Shown: positions 10,824 to 20,791, counted from the first letter of the stretch. The stretch is 64,000 nt of DNA from Acidimicrobiia bacterium (GCA_020637365.1 JACJWE010000001.1:47605-111604); one strand, 5' to 3'. Notes: a model not told the origin generated them from the letters alone. Made by a program: numbers and translations.

Positions 10824-11261
10824 ATGAGCGTGCACCCCAAACAGGTCACTCCCGACATGTTGGCTCCCCCAGCCCTCCCGTCGCGAACGGCTGGAATCCG
10901 CAAAATCTCGCGCCTTCGTTTTGAGGCCCTCGTCGAACAAGCCCTCGACTCGTTGCCCGCGGAAATCGCCTGTCACATGGACAACGTTGTGGTGTTGGTC
11001 GAGGACTGGCCAACCGCCGAACAACAAGAAGGATCGACAGACCTGCTGTTCGGTCTCTACGAAGGGATTGGTCTGCCCGATCGCGACGATGGCTACATCG
11101 GTGCCACCCCCGATGTCATCACCATCTTTCGGGAGCCGATCATGGAAGCATGTTTGTCCGAATCCGACCTCAAGCGCGAGATCAAGATCACCGTCATCCA
11201 CGAGATCGGGCATCATTTCGGGATTGACGACCAACGACTCGACCAATTGGGATGGGGATGA
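10824..11261 (+). CDS. Zinc metallopeptidase family protein (zincin-like, HEXXH)
   Basis: RFEALVEQALDSLPAEIACHMDNVVVLVEDWP...ITVIHEIGHHFG matches the small actinobacterial metallopeptidase family. The start is uncertain (10824 or 10857). Confidence 0.7.
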   Translation: MSVHPKQVTPDMLAPPALPSRTAGIRKISRLRFEALVEQALDSLPAEIACHMDNVVVLVEDWPTAEQQEGSTDLLFGLYEGIGLPDRDDGYIGATPDVITIFREPIMEACLSESDLKREIKITVIHEIGHHFGIDDQRLDQLGWG

Positions 11262-11266
11262 ACTCA

Positions 11267-11818
11267 ATGAATCCTGAAGCTTCCTATCCTGTCGTCGTCT
11301 GGGCAGGGGGTCCGGACCGCCCCGGCATGATCGCTGTCGTCGCCACCATGTTGTACGAGAAGGGCGCCAATCTCGAGCACTGTGCGATGACGCAACTCTC
11401 GGGGCATTTCACCATGGTCATGTTGGTGTCATCACCTGTGAACGCAGATGAGCTGGGAGACTACTTGCGAAGCGGCCTCGCTCAGACCCATTTCACCGAC
11501 CTCTCGGTGACGGTGCGGGCACGCCCGCTCGGTTCGGAACGGCCGCTCGATGGTCAACGATGCATGGTCTCGGTCTATGGCAAAGATCGTCCAGGGATCG
11601 TCGCGGTCATCACCACGCTGCTCGCAGAACAGGGCGTCAACGTCACCGACGCGACGACGTCGGTTCTCGATGCGGGTGAATCGGTCTATGCCCTGCTGCT
11701 CGAAGTTGTGCTGCCGGACGGACTCGATGTCGCTGAACTGGGGCCAGCACTCTCGTCTGCGGCACAAGAGCTCGGGGTTGACGCGTCGATCCGGCCGATT
11801 GCCGTGGACGTCTTCTGA
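11267..11818 (+). CDS. Tandem ACT-domain protein (GcvR-like)
   Basis: Two ACT-like repeats: VVVWAGGPDRPGMIAVVATMLYEKGANL and MVSVYGKDRPGIVAVITTLLAEQGVNV. Confidence 0.7.
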   Translation: MNPEASYPVVVWAGGPDRPGMIAVVATMLYEKGANLEHCAMTQLSGHFTMVMLVSSPVNADELGDYLRSGLAQTHFTDLSVTVRARPLGSERPLDGQRCMVSVYGKDRPGIVAVITTLLAEQGVNVTDATTSVLDAGESVYALLLEVVLPDGLDVAELGPALSSAAQELGVDASIRPIAVDVF

Positions 11819-11824
11819 CCTGCC

Positions 11825-12328
11825 ATGGCCGTCCTTCCCGTTCGACTCCTCCCGGATCCCGTTCTCAAAGCGCCAACGCAACCCTTTGACACCATCGACG
11901 ATGATGCTCGGTCCGTCGGGGCTGATCTGCTCGATACGATGAGCGACGCGTCGCACAGCGTGGGCATTGCGGCCCCGCAGATCGGCGTGTCGGCGCGAGC
12001 ATTCGCCGTCGACGTGAGCGGCCATTCCAAGGCCGACTCGTGTCACGGCGCGTTCGTGCTGTTCAACCCGGTGCTGATTCTTGCTACCAACTACGTCGTG
12101 GGGCGCGAGGGGTGCATGAGTGTGCCCGATCTGACCGGCAACGTCGCACGGGCCACCGAGGTCGTCGTACAAGGGCTCGATATGGATGGCAGGCTGCGGA
12201 CCATCGAGGCGAACGCTTTCGAAGCGCGTGCCCTGCTCCACGAACTCGACCATGTGGACGGTCTGCTGTTTCTGGATAGGGTCGAGTCGCTGTCGACCGA
12301 CGTATTCAGACGTCGTCGCTACCGTTAG
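11825..12328 (+). CDS. def: Peptide deformylase
   Basis: All three deformylase motifs are present: GIAAPQIG, EGCMSVP, HELDH. Confidence 0.92.
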   Translation: MAVLPVRLLPDPVLKAPTQPFDTIDDDARSVGADLLDTMSDASHSVGIAAPQIGVSARAFAVDVSGHSKADSCHGAFVLFNPVLILATNYVVGREGCMSVPDLTGNVARATEVVVQGLDMDGRLRTIEANAFEARALLHELDHVDGLLFLDRVESLSTDVFRRRRYR

Positions 12329-12413
12329 CCCCGCCCCCGGTTGGGCAGGTCATCCACGCCGCTCTGGAGTGCCCCACGTCGCTGTCGCTCGGCTCGGGTC
12401 ATGCCTCGGGCCC

Positions 12414-12929
12414 TCAGCGCAGATACCGGTCGGGTGCCGGCAGGGTGGCGTAGCTGTGGAAGTTGATGTCGACGGGATTGGCTCGGGCTCGGAGGTTGTC
12501 GCATGTCGCCCGATCGCTGAACTGAGCACAGCTCTCGGCGTACGCGACCGCATGGAGCCATAGTTCGGCGCTGAGATCGGGTAGCCAACTCCATACGTCG
12601 GCTTCGGAACCACCCGGGATCGTGCCGTAGCAGCTTGCGAGTCGGGCAGCGACGTAACCGGGTGCGAATCGCGTCAGGAATCGGCCCAGTTTGGTCAGGG
12701 TCACCGACAGATATGTTCCGTCCGCTCGAAGCGCTCCAAACAGCCCCTCAGAACACTGCAGATCTGTCGGCAGGCGCGCTGGTGACGGACCTGCGGAAAT
12801 CTCGGTTGGGCCTGCCACCAGAGAGGCGGACTGAGTCGGTAGCGATGCGGTCGCCGCCGCCGGTACGGGATGCACCGCTAGCACCGTCAGGCAACAGGCA
12901 ACGAGGCTGATAATCGTCAGGGTCACCAA
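12414..12929 (-). CDS. Hypothetical secreted protein
   Basis: 171-aa ORF with an N-terminal signal-like segment (MVTLTIISLVACCLTVLAV) and four later Cys residues. I recognise no family. Confidence 0.5.
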   Translation of the reverse strand: MVTLTIISLVACCLTVLAVHPVPAAATASLPTQSASLVAGPTEISAGPSPARLPTDLQCSEGLFGALRADGTYLSVTLTKLGRFLTRFAPGYVAARLASCYGTIPGGSEADVWSWLPDLSAELWLHAVAYAESCAQFSDRATCDNLRARANPVDINFHSYATLPAPDRYLR

Positions 12930-13029
12930 CTGGGCGCGAGGACGAGGCCTATCAGCAGTTGCGACTGAGGCGGCTGTCGAGGCGGAGAGGACGTTGCGAC
13001 TGGGTTGGCGGTTGAGATCGTCGTGGCGT

Positions 13030-13950
13030 TCAAAAGTGCCATGGGAATCCTGAGAAGTCTTTGGGTCGCTTCTCTAGAAACGCGTCGCGACCCTCCTGGG
13101 CCTCATCGGTCATATACGCCAAACGGGTGGCTTCGCCAGCGAAAAGTTGCTGTCCGACCAGACCGTCGTCGATCAGATTGAACGCAAACTTGAGCATGCG
13201 CTGTGCCGTCGGCGACTTTGCGTTTACCTCGGCGGCCCACTCCAGAGCGACCCGTTCGAGGTCCGCATGATCGACGACGGCGTTGACCATCCCCATGTCG
13301 AAGGCCTCTGCCGCTGAGTAGTCGCGGCCGAGGAAGAAGATCTCGCGGGCGCGTTTCTGGCCGACCTGACGAGCCAGGTACGCCGAGCCAAATCCCCCGT
13401 CGAAGCTGGCAACATCGGCGTCGGTCTGCTTGAAGACCGCGTGTTCGGCCGATGCGAGGGTCATATCGCAGACCACGTGTAGGGAATGTCCGCCGCCGAC
13501 CGCCCAGCCCGGGACGACAGCGATAACCACCTTGGGCATGAAGCGGATCATCCGCTGGCATTCGAGGATGTGAAGACGCCCGGTCTTTGCCGGGTCTATG
13601 GTCGATGAGTCCTCACCGTCGGCATACCTATAACCATCACGGCCGCGGATTCGCTGGTCGCCACCCGAACAGAACGCCCACCCACCATCTTTGGGTGATG
13701 GGCCATTTCCGGTCAGCAACACACATCCGACATCGGGTGTTTGACGTGCGTCGTCCAGGGCCCGGTACAACTCGTCGACGGTACGCGGACGAAACGCATT
13801 TCTGACCTCTGGCCGATTAAAGGCGATGCGCACCGTACCCTGATCGACTGCACGGTGGTAGGTGATGTCATCGAAATCGAATCCTTCGACGACCTTCCAC
13901 CGGCTGGGGTCAAACAATGTAGAAATCACAAGCGTCTCCAGGTCGAACAT
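13030..13950 (-). CDS. menB: 1,4-dihydroxy-2-naphthoyl-CoA synthase
   Basis: Crotonase fold with MenB-type sequence: ITYHRAVDQGTVRIAFNRPEVRNAFRP...FCSGGDQRIRG...RFMPKVVIAVVPGWAVGGGHSLHVVCD. Confidence 0.92.
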   Translation of the reverse strand: MFDLETLVISTLFDPSRWKVVEGFDFDDITYHRAVDQGTVRIAFNRPEVRNAFRPRTVDELYRALDDARQTPDVGCVLLTGNGPSPKDGGWAFCSGGDQRIRGRDGYRYADGEDSSTIDPAKTGRLHILECQRMIRFMPKVVIAVVPGWAVGGGHSLHVVCDMTLASAEHAVFKQTDADVASFDGGFGSAYLARQVGQKRAREIFFLGRDYSAAEAFDMGMVNAVVDHADLERVALEWAAEVNAKSPTAQRMLKFAFNLIDDGLVGQQLFAGEATRLAYMTDEAQEGRDAFLEKRPKDFSGFPWHF

Positions 13951-14117
13951 CGGGCCTTGTATCGGCGGTTTGAATGGCTGTCGTCAGCACGAACATGCGC
14001 TGGAAAGGTCACCGATGTTTGCATGTCGACAGAGGTCGAAAAAGTTCGGCGGACGTCGCCGCCCAGCGAGGTCCAACTCCAAAGAGCGTCGCCGCCGGAT
14101 GAGATTAGGATGCCGAC

Positions 14118-14726
14118 ATGTTTCCTAGGCATCTGTTGAACGACGGTGAAGAAGTGTTCGTCGAGATGAACCCCCACTGGTGGTACTTCTCGCGGCAGGT
14201 CTTGTCACTCGTCCCCTTGATCACCCTGTTTGTATTCGCGGCACTCATCAACAAGAGCTGGGCTTACTACCTCTGGGCGGCGATCGCTGTGCTCTGGTTC
14301 GTCTGGGCGCTACGTCAGTACTTCATGTGGCGCAGCACAACCTTTGTGGTCACGAGTGATCGCCTCGTGAGCCGAAACGGTTTGTTGTCCAAGAAGTCGA
14401 TGGACATCCCGCTCGAATCGATCAACTCGATCAATGTGCACCAGACCCTGGGGGAACGCCTTCTCAGCGCGGGTGACCTCGTCGTCGAATCAGCGGCTCA
14501 GGACGGAAAACAGAAATTCAGCAACATTTCCGAACCCGAACAGGTTGCCCAAGAAATCAACCGTCAGCGTGAACTCAACCAGCGACGCGCCAATACCCCG
14601 ATGCATCAGGGACAAGGGCACTCAATCCCGGCGCAGCTCGAGGCCCTGGTTCGTCTGCATGAAAAAGGGCGGATCTCCGACGAGGAATACAACGAAAAGC
14701 GCCAAAAACTTCTTGACCAGATGTAG
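14118..14726 (+). CDS. Membrane protein with bacterial PH (bPH_2/YdbS-like) domain and C-terminal SHOCT-like motif
   Basis: Two TM helices, then FVVTSDRLVSRNGLLSKKSMDIPLESINSINVHQTLGERLLSAGDLVV. The tail LEALVRLHEKGRISDEEYNEKRQKLL is SHOCT-like. Confidence 0.7.
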   Translation: MFPRHLLNDGEEVFVEMNPHWWYFSRQVLSLVPLITLFVFAALINKSWAYYLWAAIAVLWFVWALRQYFMWRSTTFVVTSDRLVSRNGLLSKKSMDIPLESINSINVHQTLGERLLSAGDLVVESAAQDGKQKFSNISEPEQVAQEINRQRELNQRRANTPMHQGQGHSIPAQLEALVRLHEKGRISDEEYNEKRQKLLDQM

Positions 14727-14756
14727 CCGTGAGCTCTGTCCGACGAGTGCCTGGAG

Positions 14757-16007
14757 CTACGTGCGGGGCTTCATCGGGTCAAAGGGCCTTGCGCCGTCAG
14801 CGGGGAGTACCGGCCAGATCTTGGCCATCCGTCCATGCGTGCCCTCATAGCCGGCAACGGCACCGAGCGTGATCGACTGGACCTGTGACATCCCACCCTC
14901 GATCAGCGCCAAGACTGCACCACCAAACCCTGCGCCGGTGATGCGCGCGGCGAGTGCCCCATTGGAGAGCAAACGGGCGACCAGATCGTCGAGCTCTGGT
15001 GTCGACACGTCAAAGTCATCGCGGAGGGATTCATGGGATGCCTGCATCAACGCGGCGAGGCGCATGACATTGCCGGTCTCGAGTGCATCTGCTGCGCTTG
15101 CGACCCGCGCATTCTCAGAGACGACGTGTCGCGCGAACGGGTCATCGGCGGCGGTTTCGGTTGTCGCATCGCGCAGCGACTCGACACCTAGACGCTCTGC
15201 CGCACGTGCGCACTGTTCGGCTCGCAACGCGTATTCGGAGTGTTCCAAGTTGTGTGGAACGCCGGAGTCGATGAGCGCAAAGCTCAAGCCGCTCGGGATG
15301 GCGATGGGGCGTGACTGCTCGCTACGGCAATCGAGTAACAGGGCGTAGCCGTCCATACCGTAGGTGATGGCGTACGGGTCAAGAATGCCGACGGGCAAGC
15401 CCCGGGCTCGACGTTCGGCGTCTCGCGCGATGTGAGCGATGTCGATCTTGGCGAGTTCGGCACCGAACGCGTCGGCCATGGCAAGTGTGATGGCGACCGA
15501 AAAGGCTGCCGATGATGAAAGGCCTGATCCGATAGGGATTTCCGATGAGCAGATGAGGTCAACGCCGCCGACGTGACCCCGCGAGGAAAGCTCATCCATC
15601 ACGCCTTGGGCGAGGCTCCACCACTCTCCGGTCGACGTTGCTCGGTCGTCGCGGGGGTCGCCGGACGCTGTGCGCAGGATTGCGGGGGGAGGTGCAGCGT
15701 TGTTGGACGTGTCCGGGATGGTGCCAGGGGTGTCAGGTCCGTCCGCATCGTGTGCATAGGCGTTGTCGTCTCGCCTCCCAACGGCGTCGATCGTGCGGAT
15801 TCGGACCCGCTGGTCATGCCGAGCGCGATACGCCACGATGCAGTCGTGGTCGAGGGTTGTCGGCAGACAAAGCCCCTGGTTGTAGTCGGTGTGGTCCCCG
15901 ATGATGTTGACCCGGCCTGGCGCTCGCATCCACTTGATGAACGTATGCGGATCGGCTTCGGTCAGGGCCGGTTGGTCCGGCCCGAACGCGTTCAGCCCCT
16001 CTTGCAT
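14757..16007 (-). CDS. galK: Galactokinase
   Basis: Galactokinase signature RAPGRVNIIGDHTDYNQG, GHMP motif PIGSGLSSSAA and C-terminal GAGFGG. ATG 16007 is preferred over the ORF-track start 16058. Confidence 0.9.
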   Translation of the reverse strand: MQEGLNAFGPDQPALTEADPHTFIKWMRAPGRVNIIGDHTDYNQGLCLPTTLDHDCIVAYRARHDQRVRIRTIDAVGRRDDNAYAHDADGPDTPGTIPDTSNNAAPPPAILRTASGDPRDDRATSTGEWWSLAQGVMDELSSRGHVGGVDLICSSEIPIGSGLSSSAAFSVAITLAMADAFGAELAKIDIAHIARDAERRARGLPVGILDPYAITYGMDGYALLLDCRSEQSRPIAIPSGLSFALIDSGVPHNLEHSEYALRAEQCARAAERLGVESLRDATTETAADDPFARHVVSENARVASAADALETGNVMRLAALMQASHESLRDDFDVSTPELDDLVARLLSNGALAARITGAGFGGAVLALIEGGMSQVQSITLGAVAGYEGTHGRMAKIWPVLPADGARPFDPMKPRT

Positions 16008-16237
16008 CACAACGGTGCGGATCCGAACGGTCGCCGGTGAACTTGGGCCAGTACGCATACCTACCTCTTCTCATGTGGTTGTCGTCTGTATCTGGCCTCG
16101 GACACGTTGCATACGGGGTCGCGGTCAGTCGTTTTCGCGGAGCCTGCCCGCGGGGCTCCCGACAGTAGCAGGATGCCCAAAAAGTCGAGATGGCTGGTGT
16201 GAGAGGCGCGGTGTGGTCAGAAAGGAACGAGCGTCGA

Positions 16238-17308
16238 TCAGGAACCCTGTTTCGCCCCGTCCTGTTCGGTCGTGCCCTGTTCGGTCCTGCCCTGTTCGGT
16301 CCTGCCCTGTTCGGTCCTGCCCTGTTCGGTCCTGCCCTGTTCGGTCCTGCGCAGTGCCGCCGCGGCATCGTCGGGGCGCACCGGGTTGATCAGGATCCCC
16401 GATCCGAGTTCACCTCCCGCGACGTAGCGTTGGACGCCGCGCGATCTCCAGATAGGGACGAAATGGACATGGGTGTGGAGACCCTGATGCAGCCACATCA
16501 TGTACGGCATCGGAGTGTCGAAGAGCGATTGGTATACGCCTGCAAGCCCCGAGAGCGCCCACGCCAGATCGGAGCGTTCTGCGTGGTCCATCAAGTCCAA
16601 AAAGGCAACGTGGCGACGGAGCGACAGCCTGACTTCGTAGGGATAGCCAGCACCCTCGGGGACGAATGCCGACCATGAGTCGTTGGCTATGACGCCGCGT
16701 GGACCGCCGTCCTCCGCGACGAGCTCGTCGCACACTGCACAAGCGTTCAGCGATCGGTGCCGTTCCGCAGCGAGGACGGGTGGTTCCTCAGCGAAGGCAA
16801 AGATCTGGCCGTGGGGATGTGCGATCGTGGCTCCGACATCCCGTCCCGAGTTTTCGAAGATCAGGACATGGCGAGTATCGGGTCGTGAGCGCAACGCCGC
16901 TGTTCGGTCGGCCCACAGCTCGATCACTGCCTCGATCTGTCGATGACGGAGCGTGGCCATCGTCTGAGAATGTTCTGGGCTGTACAGGACCACCTCGCAG
17001 GTGCCGATCGCTACGTCACGCGATGACGACGCTGAGATTTGGTCATCGGAGAGTGGGGTGGTGTCGTGGCGATCGAAACGGTCGGCAGCTCGTTGCGCTT
17101 CAGATGCGGTTTGTGTTGCAGCACCGTTCATCAGCGTGGGCCAACGGTTCTGAAACGCCAGCACGTCATAGGTGTTCGGCGCTTCGAGCCCGCCGACACA
17201 GAACGGACACTCGCCGTTCGGGCGGTTAGGCCTCCCTTGGCGGTCGCCAGCGATGATCGAGAGCGCGCCCGAAAGCCGGTCCGTTTTGTACACCGCTGGT
17301 CGTGCCAT
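16238..17308 (-). CDS. galT: Galactose-1-phosphate uridylyltransferase with a repeat-encoded C-terminal tail
   Basis: CPFCVGG zinc motif, HPHGQIFA active-site HxHxQ, upstream of galK on the same strand. The last about 35 aa are RTEQG x5 plus a TTEQD variant. Confidence 0.9.
   Translation of the reverse strand: MARPAVYKTDRLSGALSIIAGDRQGRPNRPNGECPFCVGGLEAPNTYDVLAFQNRWPTLMNGAATQTASEAQRAADRFDRHDTTPLSDDQISASSSRDVAIGTCEVVLYSPEHSQTMATLRHRQIEAVIELWADRTAALRSRPDTRHVLIFENSGRDVGATIAHPHGQIFAFAEEPPVLAAERHRSLNACAVCDELVAEDGGPRGVIANDSWSAFVPEGAGYPYEVRLSLRRHVAFLDLMDHAERSDLAWALSGLAGVYQSLFDTPMPYMMWLHQGLHTHVHFVPIWRSRGVQRYVAGGELGSGILINPVRPDDAAAALRRTEQGRTEQGRTEQGRTEQGRTEQGTTEQDGAKQGS
16245..16349. repeat. 15-bp tandem repeat, 6 near-perfect copies plus 1 degenerate copy, in frame within the 3' end of galT
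   Basis: cctgttcggtc[c/g]tgc repeated head to tail from 16260 to 16349, with a degenerate copy at 16245..16259. Confidence 0.95.
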
Positions 17309-17372
17309 GGGTTCCCTCCGGTCTCAGGCATCGACGACGACTCAGGGCCGCCGTACCGGTAGTGTTGTCCGG

Positions 17373-18200
17373 GTGTTCAACGTGTTGCAGTCTGTCAACC
17401 TCAACGACCCCCTGCTGATCGTCGCCCTCTCGGGCTGGGTCGATGCGGCCCTTGCCGGCCGAGACACCGCTCGTGTGCTGCATCGGCGCTTGGAGGACCG
17501 CGCCCTTGTCGCTGAGTGTTCCCTTTCAGAACTCGTCGACCTATCGAGTACCCGCCCGACGGTCGAACTCGAAGATGGCGTCATCCGACGCACTCGCTGG
17601 CCACGGATTCGCGTGACCGCCGGGTCTCTGGGCCGAGACGTCGTCGTCATGCGCGGTCCGGAACCCGGACTGAAATGGCCGACCTTTTGTCAGTCCGTGG
17701 TCGATCTTGCTCAACACCTCGAGGTAACCGAGGCTGTGACCGTCGCCGGAATGCCCGCAGCGGTGACCCACCGACGTCCGGTTCGCGTGTTGGCCACGGC
17801 GACGTCGTCCGAATTGGCCGAACGAGTCGGGCCAACCCGCCCGGATTACGACGGTCCGACCGGGGTACAGACGATGATCCAAGCGGCCTTTGGCGACGCT
17901 GGTATCCCCGCGGCCGGTCTGTGGGCACAGGTCCCGCACTATTTGGCATCGACCCGCTCGCCCAGCGCTGTGCGGGCCCTGCTCGGCAAGCTTTCACACA
18001 CCTACGAGCTCGAGATCGATCTGGCACCCTTCGATGAGCGTGCCGCGAGTTATCAGAACCAAGTCGAAGCGGCCGTGGCGCTCCGATCCGATCTCAGGGA
18101 CGCCGTAGAGCAGCTTGAACAGGTGCCCGATGTCGACAATCTGCCCTCCGCAGACGAACTCGCCAGCGAAATCGAAGAGTTCCTTCGCGGCGACGGTTAG
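17373..18200 (+). CDS. PAC2 (proteasome assembly chaperone 2-like) family protein
   Basis: LNDPLLIVALSGWVDAALAG...VVMRGPEPGLKWPTF...AGMPAAVTHRRP...WAQVPHY matches the actinobacterial PAC2 family pattern. The start is uncertain (GTG 17373 or ATG 17307). Confidence 0.7.
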   Translation: MFNVLQSVNLNDPLLIVALSGWVDAALAGRDTARVLHRRLEDRALVAECSLSELVDLSSTRPTVELEDGVIRRTRWPRIRVTAGSLGRDVVVMRGPEPGLKWPTFCQSVVDLAQHLEVTEAVTVAGMPAAVTHRRPVRVLATATSSELAERVGPTRPDYDGPTGVQTMIQAAFGDAGIPAAGLWAQVPHYLASTRSPSAVRALLGKLSHTYELEIDLAPFDERAASYQNQVEAAVALRSDLRDAVEQLEQVPDVDNLPSADELASEIEEFLRGDG

Positions 18201-19675
18201 CCGAGCGACTCCCATTTGCCAGGCGAGCTGATTTTCGCGTTCACCCCTATCTGTGGGTCGGCCGACACCTTGTCGATGACCTCTGAGGCTCGACTCATCA
18301 CCACGCTGCGTTTGCCGTCCTGTTCGACGATGGCGACCGCGGCCATGGGGTCATCACCCGCGTAGATCACGGTGGATGACATGACGGTCGCGTCTCCGAC
18401 CAGATCGGGGTCGATCGGTCGCACCGGGGTCGCGGCCCGGGCTTGTTCGGTGACGTCGATCACGGCGGGGGAGTCGACGGGTTGGTGGCGCGACCACCAG
18501 CCCAAACCCTGTTTGGTCATCATGCCCGAGATGGCGGTGGTAACGACCTCGTCAACAGCACCGATGCGCATCGCTGCGATACCCGCGCCCAAGGACTGCA
18601 GCCCGTAGTTGTTGAGCGGTCCGCCACCAAAGCTCATGCCGCCGGTCAAGGTTGGAGCGGGATCCAAGGGGACTCCGTAGGCCTCGGCCTGGAGCTGCAC
18701 CGCTATGGGAAAACAGCTGTATAAGTCGATCGCATCCGCGGAAATGGCCGAACCCGTGGCGTTGGTTGTCGCCTCGGCGATCGAGTCGAGTGCGGGCACT
18801 CTGCTCAGGTCAGCTCGGGTCGAAAGGTGCACCATCAGATTCGATTCGACGATCGCACGCGGGTACACGAAGCGGTTCGCTGGCACTCCCGCATCCAGAG
18901 CGGTCGAGGAACGACAGAGAATGAATGCCGCAGCCTGATCAACATTCCACTGCGAGACCAGGCGTTTGGTGTAGGGCGTCGCAACCATACGATTGCCGTC
19001 GATGAGTTCGGTGATCTGGTGGGACGACCAACCGGTGTGGTCCCATGCTTGGGGCAGCACCTTCGCCGCTTGCGCGAACCGGCTCCAGATATCGCCGAGG
19101 TGTTGACGGTGCTCCGCCGGAGACCAACCTTGACGGTGAGCAAAAGCACGCTCCATCAGGGCGTACTGGTGCGCTGGGATCGCTAAACCGCGTTCGATCT
19201 CCATCGGGGAGAGGACGTCGATCGCTGGTCGCCACGTTTCGTCTGGCTCATCACCGGGTTCGTCGGACTCGATGTGAAACGGCGCCCCCGCTCGTCTCGC
19301 CAAGCCGAATGCATATTTGGCTTCACCTGCGGCGATCAAAACCGCCTGCTGGTCACCAGCCTGGATCTGTTCAATCGCTCGGGCGAACGGTGAGGTCTGC
19401 AGCACGCCGAGTTCGGCGGCGACGGTCCGGGGGGTGATGCCGAGGTTGCGTGCAACGATGCGCCCAGCGTCGGCGTAGGTCCAGATCCCTTTCGGAACGA
19501 TGATTTCGCCGATCGAGTCCAATACGTCGCGGGGTTTGCTCGCCCCCGCATCGGCGAGCGCTCCGAGCGCTGCCTGGGTCATCAATCCTGCGGCGTCATA
19601 ACCGTCGCCACCGCGGGTGATCCGCTGGGTGCGCGTTGCCGCCCCGATGAGGACGACGGGATCGGGTGCGGACAT
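18197..19675 (-). CDS. Thiolase-like (acetyl-CoA acetyltransferase family) protein with extra C-terminal domain
   Basis: Thiolase-like N- and C-domains (VLIGAATRTQ..., DLYSCFPIAVQ, GGMSFGGGPLNNYG) plus about 100 aa of extra beta-rich C-terminus. AGGAGA lies before ATG 19675. Confidence 0.65.
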   Translation of the reverse strand: MSAPDPVVLIGAATRTQRITRGGDGYDAAGLMTQAALGALADAGASKPRDVLDSIGEIIVPKGIWTYADAGRIVARNLGITPRTVAAELGVLQTSPFARAIEQIQAGDQQAVLIAAGEAKYAFGLARRAGAPFHIESDEPGDEPDETWRPAIDVLSPMEIERGLAIPAHQYALMERAFAHRQGWSPAEHRQHLGDIWSRFAQAAKVLPQAWDHTGWSSHQITELIDGNRMVATPYTKRLVSQWNVDQAAAFILCRSSTALDAGVPANRFVYPRAIVESNLMVHLSTRADLSRVPALDSIAEATTNATGSAISADAIDLYSCFPIAVQLQAEAYGVPLDPAPTLTGGMSFGGGPLNNYGLQSLGAGIAAMRIGAVDEVVTTAISGMMTKQGLGWWSRHQPVDSPAVIDVTEQARAATPVRPIDPDLVGDATVMSSTVIYAGDDPMAAVAIVEQDGKRSVVMSRASEVIDKVSADPQIGVNAKISSPGKWESLG

Positions 19676-19713
19676 ATGCAGTCTCCTGGTGAGCGTTGCG
19701 GTCGAGCAGCGAG

Positions 19714-20592
19714 CTAGCTAGCGCGCGTTGCAGCGACGTAGCCGTCAGATGCGAGTCGTTGGTATATCTCACGAGTCGCGGGTGATTTGTTCAGTGTGTA
19801 GAAGTGCAGGCCGGGTGCGCCGCCATCGAGCAGGGTTCGGCAAAGCTCGGTTGCGACGTCGATGCCGATGCGGCGCACCTCGTCAGGGTCGCCTGCGGCG
19901 TGGAGACGTTCGGCCAAGTCGGTCGGGAATGCGGCACCCGAGAGTTGAGCGAAGCGTGTGACCTGAGACACGTTGGTGACGGGCATGATGCCCGGTACAA
20001 CAGGTTTGGTAACGCCCAGGTCAGCGAGTTCGTCGATCATGCCGAAATAGTCCTCGGCGTCAAAGAAAAACTGAGTGATAGCGAAGTCTGCCAACGCGAG
20101 CTTCGCGGCGAGGTGTTTTCGGTCCGAGATTCGGTCGGGGGAGCGCGGATGTCCTTCGGGGTGGGCAGCAACACCGATCGAAAAGTTTCCCACGCTCCGA
20201 ACGAGCTCGACGAGGTCGATCGCGTGTTCGAGTTCGCTCCGGAATTCGCTGCCATCGGCTGGCGGATCACCACCCAGCGCAAGGATGTTTTCGACCCCGG
20301 CAGCATCGTACCGTTCGAGGATGTCGGCCAGTTCGGCTCGGCTGTGTGCAACGCAGGTGAGGTGAGCCATCGGCGTCATAGTCGTGTCGTTGAGTATCGA
20401 CACGACCAGATCGTGGGTCCGATCTCTTGTCGAGCCACCTGCACCATAGGTGACCGAAACGAAGCTGGGGTCAAGGGTTTGGAGGTCGCGGAGCGTGTTG
20501 TAGAGCTCGACTTGAGCATCGTCGTCGCGCGGCGGAAAGAACTCGAACGAGAACGTTGGGCCCGCTGTGAGTACGTCTGCGATTCGCGCCAC
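19714..20592 (-). CDS. metF: Methylenetetrahydrofolate reductase
   Basis: FSFEFFPPRDD...FVSVTYGAGGSTRDRTHD...THLTC...ITQFFFD are typical MetF motifs. Confidence 0.9.
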   Translation of the reverse strand: MARIADVLTAGPTFSFEFFPPRDDDAQVELYNTLRDLQTLDPSFVSVTYGAGGSTRDRTHDLVVSILNDTTMTPMAHLTCVAHSRAELADILERYDAAGVENILALGGDPPADGSEFRSELEHAIDLVELVRSVGNFSIGVAAHPEGHPRSPDRISDRKHLAAKLALADFAITQFFFDAEDYFGMIDELADLGVTKPVVPGIMPVTNVSQVTRFAQLSGAAFPTDLAERLHAAGDPDEVRRIGIDVATELCRTLLDGGAPGLHFYTLNKSPATREIYQRLASDGYVAATRAS

Positions 20593-20791
20593 GCAAATGC
20601 TCCAAGTCGGTGAGCGACGCGCCCAGAAGCGAACCGCGATTGTCGAAAACTGGGGGTGAGGCTACCGACTTGGGACGGCGTCGTGCCCCTCGACCGCTTC
20701 ACAGCATGCCCCGTAGGCCGTCGCCCCTGCGGTGACGCGCCACTAGGCTCACCTGAGGACACCGTTACTCATCTGTTCGCTACGAGGGGGA

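Noticed and set aside
16245-16349. Tandem arrays (also 22552-22607, 31891-31923 and 57373-57435) as CRISPR-like arrays.
   Set aside because: The units are contiguous with no spacers, are 7-24 bp long, and no cas genes are present. They are simple tandem repeats.
20593-20791. SAM, SAM-IV or SAH riboswitch in the metF 5' leader.
   Set aside because: Reading the minus-strand leader, I could not find the conserved cores of these classes as I remember them. There is only a vague GGCGCGTCAC resemblance to the SAH motif. A covariance-model scan would be needed to be sure.
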